Shown here: positions 16,966 to 28,308 of the stretch, piece by piece
How positions within the stretch are numbered: position 1 is the stretch's first letter
Layout of the letters: each line of letters begins with the position of its first letter
Origin: Gaiellaceae bacterium
Lineage (GTDB): Bacteria; Actinomycetota; Thermoleophilia; Gaiellales; Gaiellaceae
Assembly (NCBI GenBank): GCA_044870105.1
Contig: JBIOYJ010000096.1
Coordinates: 16,126-80,125 of the forward strand
Direction: 5' to 3'
DNA: 64,000 nucleotides
Position numbers and translations under genes: made by a program
Notes under the pieces: generated by a model
The model's database searches: none
Told to the model about the DNA's origin: nothing
Seen by the model: only the letters and a program-made list of their open reading frames with translations

Positions 16966-18771
16966 TCACGCTACGTCTGCCGCCCAGTCGCCGTACAGGG
17001 ACGTGTAGAGGCCGCGGCGGCGCATGAGCTCGTCGTGATTGCCCTGTTCGACGATCCGGCCATGCTCCAGCACGACGATCAGGTCGGCGTCGCGGATGGT
17101 CGAGAGGCGGTGCGCGATGATGAAGGCGGTGCGGCCGGAGAGCAGGAGGCGAAGCGCGCGCTCGATCTTCCTCTCCGTTCCGATGTCCACCGAGGACGTC
17201 GCCTCGTCGAGGATCAGGATGCGCGGATCGGCGAGGAGGGCCCGAGCGAGCGCGACGAGCTGCCGCTGGCCGAGCGACAGCCGCGTGCCCCGTTCCTGCA
17301 CCTCGGTCTCGTAGCCGTCTTCGAGCCGCAGGACGAAGTCGTGTGCGCCGACGGCCTGCGCCGCGCGCACCACGTCCTCGGGCGCGGCCTCTGGCCGTCC
17401 AAAGGCGATGTTCTCCGTCACGGTCCCGGCGAAGAGGAACCCCTCCTGCGGGACAATTCCCAGCTGGCGGCGCAGCGAAGATTGCGTCACGTCGCGCAGG
17501 TCGATGCCGTCGATCGTGATCCGCCCCGCGCGCGGGTCGTAGAAGCGTGCGAGCAGCTTCGCGATCGTCGACTTGCCCGCGCCGGTGTGGCCCACGAGCG
17601 CGACGGTGGTGCCGGCGGGAACGTCGAGGTCGAGCCCGTATAAGACGTCCGGTCCGTCCCCGTAGCCGAACCGCACGCGCTCGAAGCGGACGTCACCCTC
17701 GACCGGCGGCAGCTCGCCGGCGCCGGCCTTGTCGAGCACCTGCGGCTCCTCGTCGAGCACGTCCATGATCTTGTCGAGCGCCGCGGTGGCGGACAGGAAC
17801 GTGTTGTAGAGCTGTGACAGCTGCTGGACCGGGTCGAAGAAGTTCTGCACGTAGAGCATGAAGGCGAAAAGCGTCCCGAGGGTGACGTCGCCCTGGAAGT
17901 ACAGGTGCCCGCCGTAGCCAAGCACCACGGCGAGCGCGACCGAGGAGAGGAGGTCGACAAACGGGAAGTAGCGCGCGTTGAGGACGACCGTCTGCATGTT
18001 CGACTCGCGGTAGCGCTCGGCGACGGCGCGGAAGTGAGCGACGTTCCGGTCCTCGCGCGTGAACGCCTGAACCATCCGCATGCCGGCGATGTCTTCGGCC
18101 AGCGTCGCGGTCACGAGTCCGAGCCGCTCGCGCACGGCCGCGTACGCGCGCGAGGAGTAGACCCGGAAGAGCACCGTGCCCACGCTCAGGACGGGGATCA
18201 CGGCGAGCGTGGCGAGCGCCAGCCGCCAGTCGAGGATGAAGAGCAGGATCGCGGTTCCTCCGAGCGTGAGCGTGCTCTGGACGAGCGTGGTGACCCCGTC
18301 GGTGACGAGCTGGTCGAGGGCCTCGACGTCGTTGGTCAGCCGACTGATGATCACGCCGGCTCGGTTTCGCTCGAAGAAGCCGAGCGAGAGCCGCTGGAGG
18401 TGGCGGAAGAGCTTGTTTCGAAGGTCGGCCAGGATCCGCTCGCCCACCCAGCCGGTCAGGTACGTCTGGACATAGCTCATGCCCCAGTTCGCAAGCCCCG
18501 CGAGCAGGAAGGCGGCGACGATCAGCCAGAGGGTGCCGAGGTCATGGCGTCGGATGCCGTCGTCGACGGCGTACTTGGAGAGGAACGGCGGCGCGAGCGC
18601 GGTGGCGGTCGCCGCGAGCAGCGAGAAGACGGAAAGGATCGTGCGCGTCCGGTACGGCGCCGCGAGCCGAGCCAGCGTCGCGAGTCGGCGGCGCGTCCGG
18701 CGCCAGGACCAGTCGTCGACCTCGCCGCCGCGTTCCCGCATCAGATGGCCGCCCGGCTGCCAGACCCTCAT
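16966..18771 (-). CDS. ABC exporter, fused permease/ATPase subunit
   Basis: Six N-terminal TM helices, Walker A GHTGAGKST, signature LSLGQRQ, Walker B ILILDEATS. Confidence 0.85.
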   Translation of the reverse strand: MRVWQPGGHLMRERGGEVDDWSWRRTRRRLATLARLAAPYRTRTILSVFSLLAATATALAPPFLSKYAVDDGIRRHDLGTLWLIVAAFLLAGLANWGMSYVQTYLTGWVGERILADLRNKLFRHLQRLSLGFFERNRAGVIISRLTNDVEALDQLVTDGVTTLVQSTLTLGGTAILLFILDWRLALATLAVIPVLSVGTVLFRVYSSRAYAAVRERLGLVTATLAEDIAGMRMVQAFTREDRNVAHFRAVAERYRESNMQTVVLNARYFPFVDLLSSVALAVVLGYGGHLYFQGDVTLGTLFAFMLYVQNFFDPVQQLSQLYNTFLSATAALDKIMDVLDEEPQVLDKAGAGELPPVEGDVRFERVRFGYGDGPDVLYGLDLDVPAGTTVALVGHTGAGKSTIAKLLARFYDPRAGRITIDGIDLRDVTQSSLRRQLGIVPQEGFLFAGTVTENIAFGRPEAAPEDVVRAAQAVGAHDFVLRLEDGYETEVQERGTRLSLGQRQLVALARALLADPRILILDEATSSVDIGTERKIERALRLLLSGRTAFIIAHRLSTIRDADLIVVLEHGRIVEQGNHDELMRRRGLYTSLYGDWAADVA

Positions 18772-18901
18772 CCGGCGAGCGCCTTTCTGTGTTCACGCGC
18801 GCGACCCCACCCGGGTGGGGAAGCTGTCCGCCCGCCACCCGCTGCGAGCCTATCCACGAACAACGTCCGCCTCTGTGCCGACTTTGCTCCGAAACCCCGC
18901 G

Positions 18902-20695
18902 TCATGCCACCTCCTCGACCGCGGCCCGGGCCTCGACCGCGTCGGCGAACTGCCGTTCGAGCAGGCCGTGCTCGTAGATGTCGCGATAGACGTCGTTCGT
19001 CGCCAGCAGGCCGCCGTGCTCGCCGCGTGCGACGATCCGGCCGTCGTCGACGACGACGATCTCGTCCGCGAGCGAGATCGTCGAGAGCCGATGGGCGATG
19101 ATCAGCGTCGTCCGTCCCTTCATCGCCTCGCGTAGGCCGAGCCGGATGCGCGCCTCGGTCGTCGCGTCGACGGAAGCGGTCGCGTCGTCGAGGATCAGGA
19201 TGCGTGGATCGACCGCGATCGCCCGCGCGATCGCGAGCCGCTGGCGCTGCCCGCCTGAGAGCGTGATCCCGCGCTCGCCGATGACCGTTTCGTAGCCCTG
19301 GGGCAGCCGCTCGACGAACTCGTGCGCCTGTGCGAGCCGCGCGGCGTGCTCGACCTCCTCGTCGGTCAGATCAGGCGCCCCGAACGTGATGTTCTCGCGC
19401 ACGGTCGCGGAGAACAGGAACGTGTCCTGCGAGATGACGCCGACCGCGCCGCGGAGCGAGCGCAGCGTGACGTCGCGCACATCGGCGCCGTCAACCGTCA
19501 GCCGCCCGCTGGTGACGTCGTAGAAGCGCGGCACGAGCGACGTAAGCGTCGTCTTGCCGGAGCCGGTATGCCCGATCAGCGCGATCGTGCGGCCTGGGGG
19601 AATGTCGAGGTCGATTTGCTCGAGCACCGGCCGGCCTTCGAGATATTCGAAGCCGACGCCCTCGAAGCGGATGTGACCGCCGCCGGGCGGCAGCTGCACA
19701 GCCTCCGGCCTATCGGTTACCTCCTCGGGCTCGTCCATGACCTGGAAGATGCGCTCGCCGGCCGCGGTCGCCCGCTGCGCCTGCCCGATCCACATGCCGA
19801 GCGAGCGCAGCGGCATCACGAGCATGCCGAGGTAGAGGTTGAAGGCGACGAAGCCACCGACGGTGAGCTCGCCGCTTGTGACCATGCGGGCGCCGACGAG
19901 CAGCACGGCGGCCTGCGCGACGAGCGGAACCCAGGAGATGAACGGCACGTACAAGGCGCGCTGCCGGTTCGCCTTGATCGTCTGATCGAATAGCGTCTCC
20001 GAGCGGCCCCGGAACTTCGTCTCCTCGGCCGGCTCCTGCGCGAACGACTTGACCACGTGGACCCCGACGATGTTCTCCTCGGCGACGGTCGCGACGTCTG
20101 CGAGCTTCTGCTGCACGTCACGCAGCGTGGGGTGCGAGACGTGGCTGTACCGGTACGCGAGCGCGACCAGGACGGGCGTGATCGCGAGCGCGATCAGCGC
20201 GAGCTTCCATTGGAAGAAAAACAGGACCCCGGTGACGAACACGACGGTGAGGATGTTCTGGAAGAAGAAGATCAGGCCATAGCCGAGGAAGAACCGGACG
20301 CCTTGCAGATCCACCGTCGCCCGCGACATCAGCTGTCCGGTCTGGTGGCGATCGTAGAAGCCGAACGAGAGGCGCACGAGATGCGAGTAGAGCCCTTGGC
20401 GCATGTCCATCTCGACCGCGAGCGCCTGCCGCCCGGAGATCATCCGCCGGCCGTACATGAGCACGGCGCGCGCGACGCCGAGCCCTACGATCGCCCAGAC
20501 GAACAGCCACAGCTTGTGCCTGTCCTGGGGGCCGAGAGCGCTGTCGATCACGTGCTTCGTGACCCAGATCAGCGCGATCTGCGCGGCCTGGTACCCGATC
20601 GCGAGCGCTGTGGAGACCGCGAGCGAGGCCTTGTAGGGACTCAGAAACGCGAGCAGTCGGTAGAAGGTGTGGCGATAGCTCGGCTGGCCGGACAT
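18902..20695 (-). CDS. ABC exporter, fused permease/ATPase subunit (partner of the downstream gene)
   Basis: Walker A GHTGSGKTT, LSGGQRQ, ILILDDATAS; ATG 20695 preceded by TAGATT-N7. Confidence 0.85.
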   Translation of the reverse strand: MSGQPSYRHTFYRLLAFLSPYKASLAVSTALAIGYQAAQIALIWVTKHVIDSALGPQDRHKLWLFVWAIVGLGVARAVLMYGRRMISGRQALAVEMDMRQGLYSHLVRLSFGFYDRHQTGQLMSRATVDLQGVRFFLGYGLIFFFQNILTVVFVTGVLFFFQWKLALIALAITPVLVALAYRYSHVSHPTLRDVQQKLADVATVAEENIVGVHVVKSFAQEPAEETKFRGRSETLFDQTIKANRQRALYVPFISWVPLVAQAAVLLVGARMVTSGELTVGGFVAFNLYLGMLVMPLRSLGMWIGQAQRATAAGERIFQVMDEPEEVTDRPEAVQLPPGGGHIRFEGVGFEYLEGRPVLEQIDLDIPPGRTIALIGHTGSGKTTLTSLVPRFYDVTSGRLTVDGADVRDVTLRSLRGAVGVISQDTFLFSATVRENITFGAPDLTDEEVEHAARLAQAHEFVERLPQGYETVIGERGITLSGGQRQRLAIARAIAVDPRILILDDATASVDATTEARIRLGLREAMKGRTTLIIAHRLSTISLADEIVVVDDGRIVARGEHGGLLATNDVYRDIYEHGLLERQFADAVEARAAVEEVA

Positions 20696-20705
20696 TCCGA
20701 AAAAT

Positions 20706-21338
20706 CTAGCCGCCGGGCCGCGCGCCGCCGCCGTCCCGGAGCCGTTCCAGCTCTTCGTGGATCATCGCGACCGCGCGCTTGACGAGGGCACGGTTCGCCG
20801 GGTCGTTCAACCAGAGGTTGACCCCGGATGGGTGGGGCAGCGGGACGACGACGGCGGCGTCGAGCTCGAAGCGCCGGCCGATGCAGTCGCCGAGCCCTGA
20901 GCGTCCGAGGAGCTGGCGAAGCGCAAGCCCTCCCACCGGAACGATCAACGCGGGGCGAATTAGCCGGAACTCCCACTCGCGCCAGAACGAGCAGAGCTCT
21001 TGCTCCGGCGGAGACGGGGTTCGGTCGCCTTTTCCGGTCTGTGCTCGCCCCGGATAGCAGCGCGTCACCGAGGCGCAGTAGAACGTCGCGTAGAACTCGC
21101 TTTCGTCCATCTGCAGCCAGCGTCGCAGCGTCTGGCCTGCCTTACCTCGCCAGGGACGGCGCTCCTCGCCCTCCACGGCCCCCGGCGCCTGCCCGAAGAC
21201 GTACGCGCGCTGCCCCTCGTAGGGCTGAACGATGGGCAGCGATGCGAGTGGGTAGCCGGCGTCGACGCAGGCTCGGCAAACCCAGTTGTCGCGCTGGAGC
21301 GACCGGATCGAGCGATACGACGATCTTCGTCGCGTCAA
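20706..21338 (-). CDS. uracil-DNA glycosylase superfamily protein (family 4/5-like, probable Fe-S)
   Basis: GQAPG motif A, HPSGVN motif B, Cys pattern CRAC...YCASVTRC. TTG 21338 overlaps the methyltransferase stop (TTGA); longer ORF-track version overlaps that gene. Confidence 0.6.
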   Translation of the reverse strand: MTRRRSSYRSIRSLQRDNWVCRACVDAGYPLASLPIVQPYEGQRAYVFGQAPGAVEGEERRPWRGKAGQTLRRWLQMDESEFYATFYCASVTRCYPGRAQTGKGDRTPSPPEQELCSFWREWEFRLIRPALIVPVGGLALRQLLGRSGLGDCIGRRFELDAAVVVPLPHPSGVNLWLNDPANRALVKRAVAMIHEELERLRDGGGARPGG

Positions 21339-21901
21339 GGCGACGAGACGAGCAGGAAACGCGCGCCCGCAAAGAGGACGCGACCGCCGAGCTCCTCGAG
21401 CAGCCGGTCGGGCTCGAAGTAACGCTTGAAGACTTGCCAGCGCGAGCCGTCCCGAAGGACCCGCTCCTCCCACCCGTTCGGCGGGAGACCGTCGTGGATC
21501 GCCGACTCGGCCACGACGAGCTCGGGCGCGACACGACGGGCCTCCGCCAGGAACCGTATGCGGTCCGCTTCTTCCAGATGGCCGTAGAAGTGACCGGCAA
21601 AAACGCGGTCGAACGCGCCCTCCTCGAAGGGAAGGTCAAACGCATCTCCACGGACGAAGCTCGCGTCGGGCGCCTGCGCTCGCGCGAGCTCGAGCATCGA
21701 ATCGCTCTGGTCGAGCCCGACGACCGTACCCGGTAGGTGCCGGGTGATGAACCCGGTTCCGCAGGCGACGTCAAGCGTCCGGGCGTCCGGCAGGGCAGCC
21801 ACCACTCCAAGCAGCGCGCGCACCTCATCCGGGTGGCGGTCGAGGTAGTGCTGCCAGACCTCGTCGTACTCCGGTGCGCGGCGCTCGTAGTACGTCCTCA
21901 C
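21335..21901 (-). CDS. class I SAM-dependent methyltransferase
   Basis: LDVACGTGFITRHL motif I; GTG 21901 preceded by TAGTCT-N6. Confidence 0.75.
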   Translation of the reverse strand: MRTYYERRAPEYDEVWQHYLDRHPDEVRALLGVVAALPDARTLDVACGTGFITRHLPGTVVGLDQSDSMLELARAQAPDASFVRGDAFDLPFEEGAFDRVFAGHFYGHLEEADRIRFLAEARRVAPELVVAESAIHDGLPPNGWEERVLRDGSRWQVFKRYFEPDRLLEELGGRVLFAGARFLLVSSP

Positions 21902-21906
21902 GCTCC

Positions 21907-21913
21907 TAGACTA
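21907..21913. promoter_or_regulatory. overlapping divergent -10 boxes (TAGACT on + / TAGTCT on -)
   Basis: 17-nt spacer gctcctagactacgctc between GTG 21901 (-) and GTG 21919 (+); each hexamer is 6 nt from its start codon. Confidence 0.5.
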
Positions 21914-21918
21914 CGCTC

Positions 21919-22800
21919 GTGGCCCTGCCGCTCGAGTCGGTGCCCAACTTCTCGGAGGGGCGCGACCGGGCGACGATCGACGCGCTCGCAGAGGCATTCT
22001 CCGAGCACGCGCGGCTGCTCGACGTGCACGCGGACGAAGACCACAATCGCTCGGTCTTCACGCTCGTCGGCCGGGACGACGAGCTTGCGGATGCGCTCGT
22101 CGCGGGAGTCCGAACCGCGTGCGATCGAATCGACCTCCGAAGGCACGAGGGAGCCCATCCGCGCATCGGCGCGGCTGACGTGGTGCCAATCGTCCCGATC
22201 GAACCCGAGGAGATGGAGCGTGCGTGTTCGGTTGCACGCGGAGTAGCCGAGCGCATCGGGGAAGAACTCGAGCTGCCTGTATTCCTGTACGGCGAGCTTG
22301 CCCCCGGACGCGGACCCGCATTCTTCCGGCGGGGCGGCCCCGAAGAGCTACAGCGGCGCATGGACGCCGACGAGCTACACCCTGCATTTGGGCCGCCGCG
22401 GCTCGATGCGTCCGCCGGCGGCGTCCTCGTCGGAGCCCGCCGGCCGCTGATCGCATTCAACGTCAACCTCCGCGGGGACATCGATGCCGCCCGCGAGATC
22501 GCCGCGGCCATTCGTGAGAGCGGCGGCGGATTTCCGGGTGTGCGCGCGCTGGGGCTCGAGCTGCCGAGCGCGGGCCTCGTCCAGGTGAGCATGAACGTCG
22601 AGGACTGGGAGGCCGCCGCGCTCCACGAGATCGTGGCGCGGGTCGAGTCTGAAGCGGAAACCCGCGGCGCCGAGGTGGTCGGCTCCGAGCTGGTCGGCCT
22701 GATGCCCGCAGGCGCCGCTGCGGTGGCGGCGGGAGCGATGCTGCGGATCGACGGCTTCGATGCCTCGCGCGTGCTCGAGTTGCGCCTGCTCGAGCCCTGA
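21919..22800 (+). CDS. glutamate formimidoyltransferase (formiminotransferase domain only)
   Basis: LESVPNFSEGRD N-terminal signature; 293 aa, no cyclodeaminase domain. Confidence 0.8.
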   Translation: MALPLESVPNFSEGRDRATIDALAEAFSEHARLLDVHADEDHNRSVFTLVGRDDELADALVAGVRTACDRIDLRRHEGAHPRIGAADVVPIVPIEPEEMERACSVARGVAERIGEELELPVFLYGELAPGRGPAFFRRGGPEELQRRMDADELHPAFGPPRLDASAGGVLVGARRPLIAFNVNLRGDIDAAREIAAAIRESGGGFPGVRALGLELPSAGLVQVSMNVEDWEAAALHEIVARVESEAETRGAEVVGSELVGLMPAGAAAVAAGAMLRIDGFDASRVLELRLLEP

Positions 22801-22814
22801 CTACACTCGTCCGC

Positions 22815-24353
22815 GTGATCGAGACTCTCGCCCTCACCGGCGAGGAACTGACCGTCGAGGACGTCTGGGCCGCGGCGGTGGAGCGAGCGCCCGCGGCGCT
22901 CGCCGACGCCGCGCGTGAGCGGATGCGGGCGGCGCGAGAGGTCGTCGAGCAAGCCGTCCACGGAGCGCGCGAGCACACCTACGGTGTGAACACGGGCTTC
23001 GGCCGTTTCGTCTCCCAGTCGATCCCGGAGGAGCTGACCGAAGAGCTGCAGCTGCGCCTGCTGCGCAGCCATGCGTGCGGCGTGGGGGAGCCGTATCCGG
23101 ACGAGATCGTGCGCGCGGCGATGCTTTTGCGCGCGAACGCGCTCGCCAAGGGCTACTCCGGGGCGCGCGTAGGGACGGTCGAGCTGCTGATCGAATGCCT
23201 GAACCGCGGCCTGCTGCCGGTCGTGCCCAGCCGTGGTTCCGTCGGCGCCAGCGGCGACCTCGCTCCGCTCGCGCACCTGGCGCTGCCACTCGTCGGGGAG
23301 GGTGAGGCGAAGGTGGACGGGCGCCGGCTTCCGGGTGCGGAGGCGCTGGCTGCCGAGGGCCTTCAGCCGGTCCGCTTGCATGCGAAGGAGGGCCTGTCGC
23401 TCGTCAACGGAACGCAGTTCATGGCCGCGTTCGGAGCACTCGGGCTCGTGCGCGCGGACCGGATGGCGAAGGCCGCCGACATCGCCTGCGCGCTGTCGCT
23501 CGAAGCGCTGCAGGGTTCGAGGATGAGCTTCGTTCCTGCGATTCACGACGCGCGCCCGCTTCCCGGCCAGCGCGACTCGGCCGCCAACATCCTGAGCCTG
23601 CTCGCCGACTCGGCGATCGTCGAGTCCCACCGCTGGTGCGACAAGGTTCAGGACGCGTACTCGCTGCGCTGCGCGCCGCAGGTGCACGGCGCCGCGCGAG
23701 ACCTGCTCGGCTACGTCCGCGCGACGGTCTCGGTCGAGCTCAATTCCGCGACCGACAACCCGCTCGTGTTGGTAGAGGAGGGCGAGCTCGTCTCGAACGG
23801 CAACTTCCACGGTCAACCCCTGGCTTTCGCGCTCGACGCGCTCGCCATGGCCGTCGCCGAGCTCGCGAACATCTCCGAGCGTCGGCTCGAGCGTCTCGTC
23901 AATCCCAGCCTGTCCGACGGTTTGCCCGCGTTCCTGACGACCGACGGTGGGCTGAACTCCGGCTTCATGATCCCGCAATACGTGGCCGCCTCGCTCGTGA
24001 GCGAGAACAAGGCGCTCTGTCATCCGGCGAGCGTCGACTCGATCCCGACGAGCGCCGGGCAGGAGGATCACGTCTCGATGGGAAACGCGGCTGGGCTCAA
24101 GGCCTGGCAGGTCATCGCCAACGCAGAGCGAGCACTGGCGATCGAGCTCTTGGGAGGCGCGCAGGCGGTCGAGTTTCTGGCGCCGTTACAGCCGGGCATC
24201 GGCGTCCGTGCAGTGCACGACTTCTTGCGTGGCCTTTCGCCGCGACTGGCGGACGACCGCCCGCTCTCACAGGACATCGAGTCGGTCGCGGCCGCTGTTC
24301 GAGATGGATCCCTCGTCGCCGCGGTCGAGGCGGAGGTCGGGGAGTTGCGGTGA
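22815..24353 (+). CDS. hutH: histidine ammonia-lyase
   Basis: GSVGASGDLAPLAH (MIO-forming ASG), 512 aa; GTG preceded by TACACT-N7. Confidence 0.95.
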   Translation: MIETLALTGEELTVEDVWAAAVERAPAALADAARERMRAAREVVEQAVHGAREHTYGVNTGFGRFVSQSIPEELTEELQLRLLRSHACGVGEPYPDEIVRAAMLLRANALAKGYSGARVGTVELLIECLNRGLLPVVPSRGSVGASGDLAPLAHLALPLVGEGEAKVDGRRLPGAEALAAEGLQPVRLHAKEGLSLVNGTQFMAAFGALGLVRADRMAKAADIACALSLEALQGSRMSFVPAIHDARPLPGQRDSAANILSLLADSAIVESHRWCDKVQDAYSLRCAPQVHGAARDLLGYVRATVSVELNSATDNPLVLVEEGELVSNGNFHGQPLAFALDALAMAVAELANISERRLERLVNPSLSDGLPAFLTTDGGLNSGFMIPQYVAASLVSENKALCHPASVDSIPTSAGQEDHVSMGNAAGLKAWQVIANAERALAIELLGGAQAVEFLAPLQPGIGVRAVHDFLRGLSPRLADDRPLSQDIESVAAAVRDGSLVAAVEAEVGELR

Positions 24354-24555
24354 GGCGCCGAGGACGGCTGCCGAGACGGCCCTACCGTGACAGCGCAATC
24401 TTCTACGGCGCTCTCGCGGTGGTGATCGTGATCGTTGCGGTGGCCACGGGCGGCAATCTGCTCCAGGCGATCCTGGTGGCCGTGGCGGCCTTCGTCCTCG
24501 CGACCGGCTGGAGCTGGTGGCGATTTCGCGAGCGCCTCGAAGGACGCGAGCGCCG

Positions 24556-24559
<4 letters not shown>
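24350..24559 (+). CDS. hypothetical two-helix membrane microprotein inside the hut operon
   Basis: GTG 24350 overlaps hutH stop (GTGA), its TGA overlaps hutU ATG (ATGA); 69 aa with two hydrophobic helices ([17 protein letters not shown]; [17 protein letters not shown]). Confidence 0.4.
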
Positions 24560-26264
<1,705 letters not shown>

Positions 26265-26268
<4 letters not shown>

Positions 26269-27497
26269 GTTCCGCGGCAAGCGGGCGGGCGCTGCTCGTC
26301 CGCGACCTCGCGCAGGTCGTTTCGTCCGCAGGGCGAGACGCGCCTCTGCGTGGCCGCGCGCTGGGCGAGGTCGAGCTGTTCGAGCACGCCTTCGTCCTCT
26401 GCCGCGACGGCCGCATCGAGCGGGTAGGCGAAATGCGCGATCTCGCCGCGCTCGACGTGGACGAAGTCGAGGAGATCGACGGCCGCGGACGGTGCGCGGT
26501 CCCGGGCCTCGTCGATTGCCATACGCATGCCTGCTTTGCGGGCGACCGCGTCGAGGAGTTCGCTCTGCGTGCGAGCGGCGCGAGTTACGAGGAGCTGCAT
26601 GCGGCCGGCGGCGGCATCATGGCCACCGTCCAGGCCACTCGCGCCGCCGGCGAGCAGGGCCTGCGAGAGCGCCTGCTGGAGCACCGTCTCTGGATGCTTC
26701 GTTCCGGGACCACGACGTTCGAGGCGAAGTCGGGCTACGGGCTCGACCGTGAGACCGAGCTCGCTTCGCTGCGCGCGATCCGAGACGCGGGCGGCTGCGC
26801 GACCTGGCTCGGCGCGCACGCGGTCCCACCTGAGTTCGACGACGCCGACGCGTATCTCGCCTTCGCGCTCGCCGAGGTCTTGCCGGAGGCGGCCCGGCTC
26901 GCCGAGGCGGCAGACGTTTTCCTCGAACGCGGCGCATTCGACGCCGGGCAGGCGCGTCGCTACCTCGTTGCCTGCCGCGAGGCAGGGCTCGCCCTTCGGT
27001 TGCACGGCGACCAGTTCACCGAGCAAGGCGCGATCCCGCTTGCCATCGAGCTTGGCGCGCGCTCCGTCGATCACCTCGAAGCCACCGGCGGCGACGGCGT
27101 CGCGGCGCTCGCCGCCAGCGACGTCGTGGGGGTCTGCCTGCCCGCGAGCGCGCTGTTCCTCGGGCGGCCGATGCCGCCGGGGCGGACGCTGATCGACGCC
27201 GGCGCCGCCATAGCGCTCGCGACCGACTTCAATCCGGGCAGCGCCTTCTGTGAGAGCCTGCCCGTCGTCTGCTCGCTCGCCGCGACCCAGCTCAAGCTCA
27301 CGCCGGCAGAGGCGCTCGGAGCCTGCACGGTCAACGCCGCTCACGTCCTCGACCGCGCCGACCGGAAGGGGCGCATCGCGCCCGGCTACGACGCCGACCT
27401 CGTCCTGCTCGACGCTCCGGACTGGCGTTACCTCGCCTACCACCTCGCAGGAGAGGTCGTATCCGAGGTCGTGCTCGAAGGCGCAGGCGAGGGCTAG
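26265..27497 (+). CDS. hutI: imidazolonepropionase
   Basis: GTG 26265 overlaps hutU stop; VDCHTH metal motif, amidohydrolase fold; ORF-track 5' extension removed. Confidence 0.9.
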
Positions 27498-27507
27498 GCT
27501 TCGACTC

Positions 27508-27918
27508 ATGCCTTCACGGAAACAGCGCCGGCGTCGACAGAAAGAGCGCAGGCACGAGTATGAGTACGTCTACGTCGACGACGAGGGGCACGAGGTTGAA
27601 GTCGATCCAGCCGAGCTCCCCGACCGACCGGATACCGCCAAGCGAAACGGCGCCCGACGTACGGGCGCCCGCGCGGCGCGACCGGTGCAACCGCCGTCCT
27701 GGCCGCGGGTGATCAAGCGGGCGGCGATCTTCTTCCCGCTCTTCTTCATCGCCTTCTCGGTCGTCAGTTCGAGCCAGCCCATAGCCGCCCGCATCTCGAT
27801 CGCGCTGCTCTACTCGGTTCTCTTCATGCCGTTCATGTACTTGATGGACCGGGCGATGTACCGGTCGTATCTCAAGCGCACCGGCAAGCTGCCCGCGGGC
27901 GGCGCGAAGCGGCGCTAG
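27508..27918 (+). CDS. hypothetical membrane protein with highly basic N-terminus
   Basis: MPSRKQRRRRQKERRHEYEYVYVDDEGHEV..., two C-terminal TM helices; ATG preceded by TAGGCT-N7 (TAG = hutI stop). Confidence 0.45.
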   Translation: MPSRKQRRRRQKERRHEYEYVYVDDEGHEVEVDPAELPDRPDTAKRNGARRTGARAARPVQPPSWPRVIKRAAIFFPLFFIAFSVVSSSQPIAARISIALLYSVLFMPFMYLMDRAMYRSYLKRTGKLPAGGAKRR

Positions 27919-27924
27919 CGCCCG

Positions 27925-28254
27925 CTAGCCGCCACGGTAATGCCCCTCACCGGGCCACGGGGCCAAGAGCAACAGGACGCGCGCGCCGCTGTCGCTCGAG
28001 ACCGCGCGTCGCTCGTCCGGCTCGAAGGTGAAGAGCGTTCCCGCCGGCGCCTCGATCCTCTCGCCGCCCGAATCCACCTGGACGGCGCCCTCCACGACCA
28101 GGATGAACGCGTGCTCCTTGACCTGGTGATCGCCGAGCTGCTGTCCCGCCTCGAGTCCGATCAGCACCGCCCGCGCGGCTTCGTCAGAGTCGAGCACGAC
28201 CGGTGAGCGGCTGCCCCCAGGCGTCTCGATCTCGCGCAGATTCCAGCTCCGCAT
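27925..28254 (-). CDS. cupin-domain protein
   Basis: 109 aa, beta-rich, GDHQVKEHAFILVVEGAV...GTLFTFEPDERRAV pattern. Confidence 0.55.
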   Translation of the reverse strand: MRSWNLREIETPGGSRSPVVLDSDEAARAVLIGLEAGQQLGDHQVKEHAFILVVEGAVQVDSGGERIEAPAGTLFTFEPDERRAVSSDSGARVLLLLAPWPGEGHYRGG

Positions 28255-28308
28255 CGGCCGCCGATCCTATCCGAGCGATGTCGCCTCGACAGTAGACTCA
28301 ACCCCCCT

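Noticed and set aside
21906-24071. 721-aa minus-strand ORF; similar cases are 34433-36613 (726 aa) and 28866-30050
   Set aside because: These are antisense to the formimidoyltransferase gene and hutH (and to mnmA/sigma and hisS respectively). They are low-complexity and Arg-rich with no motif support.
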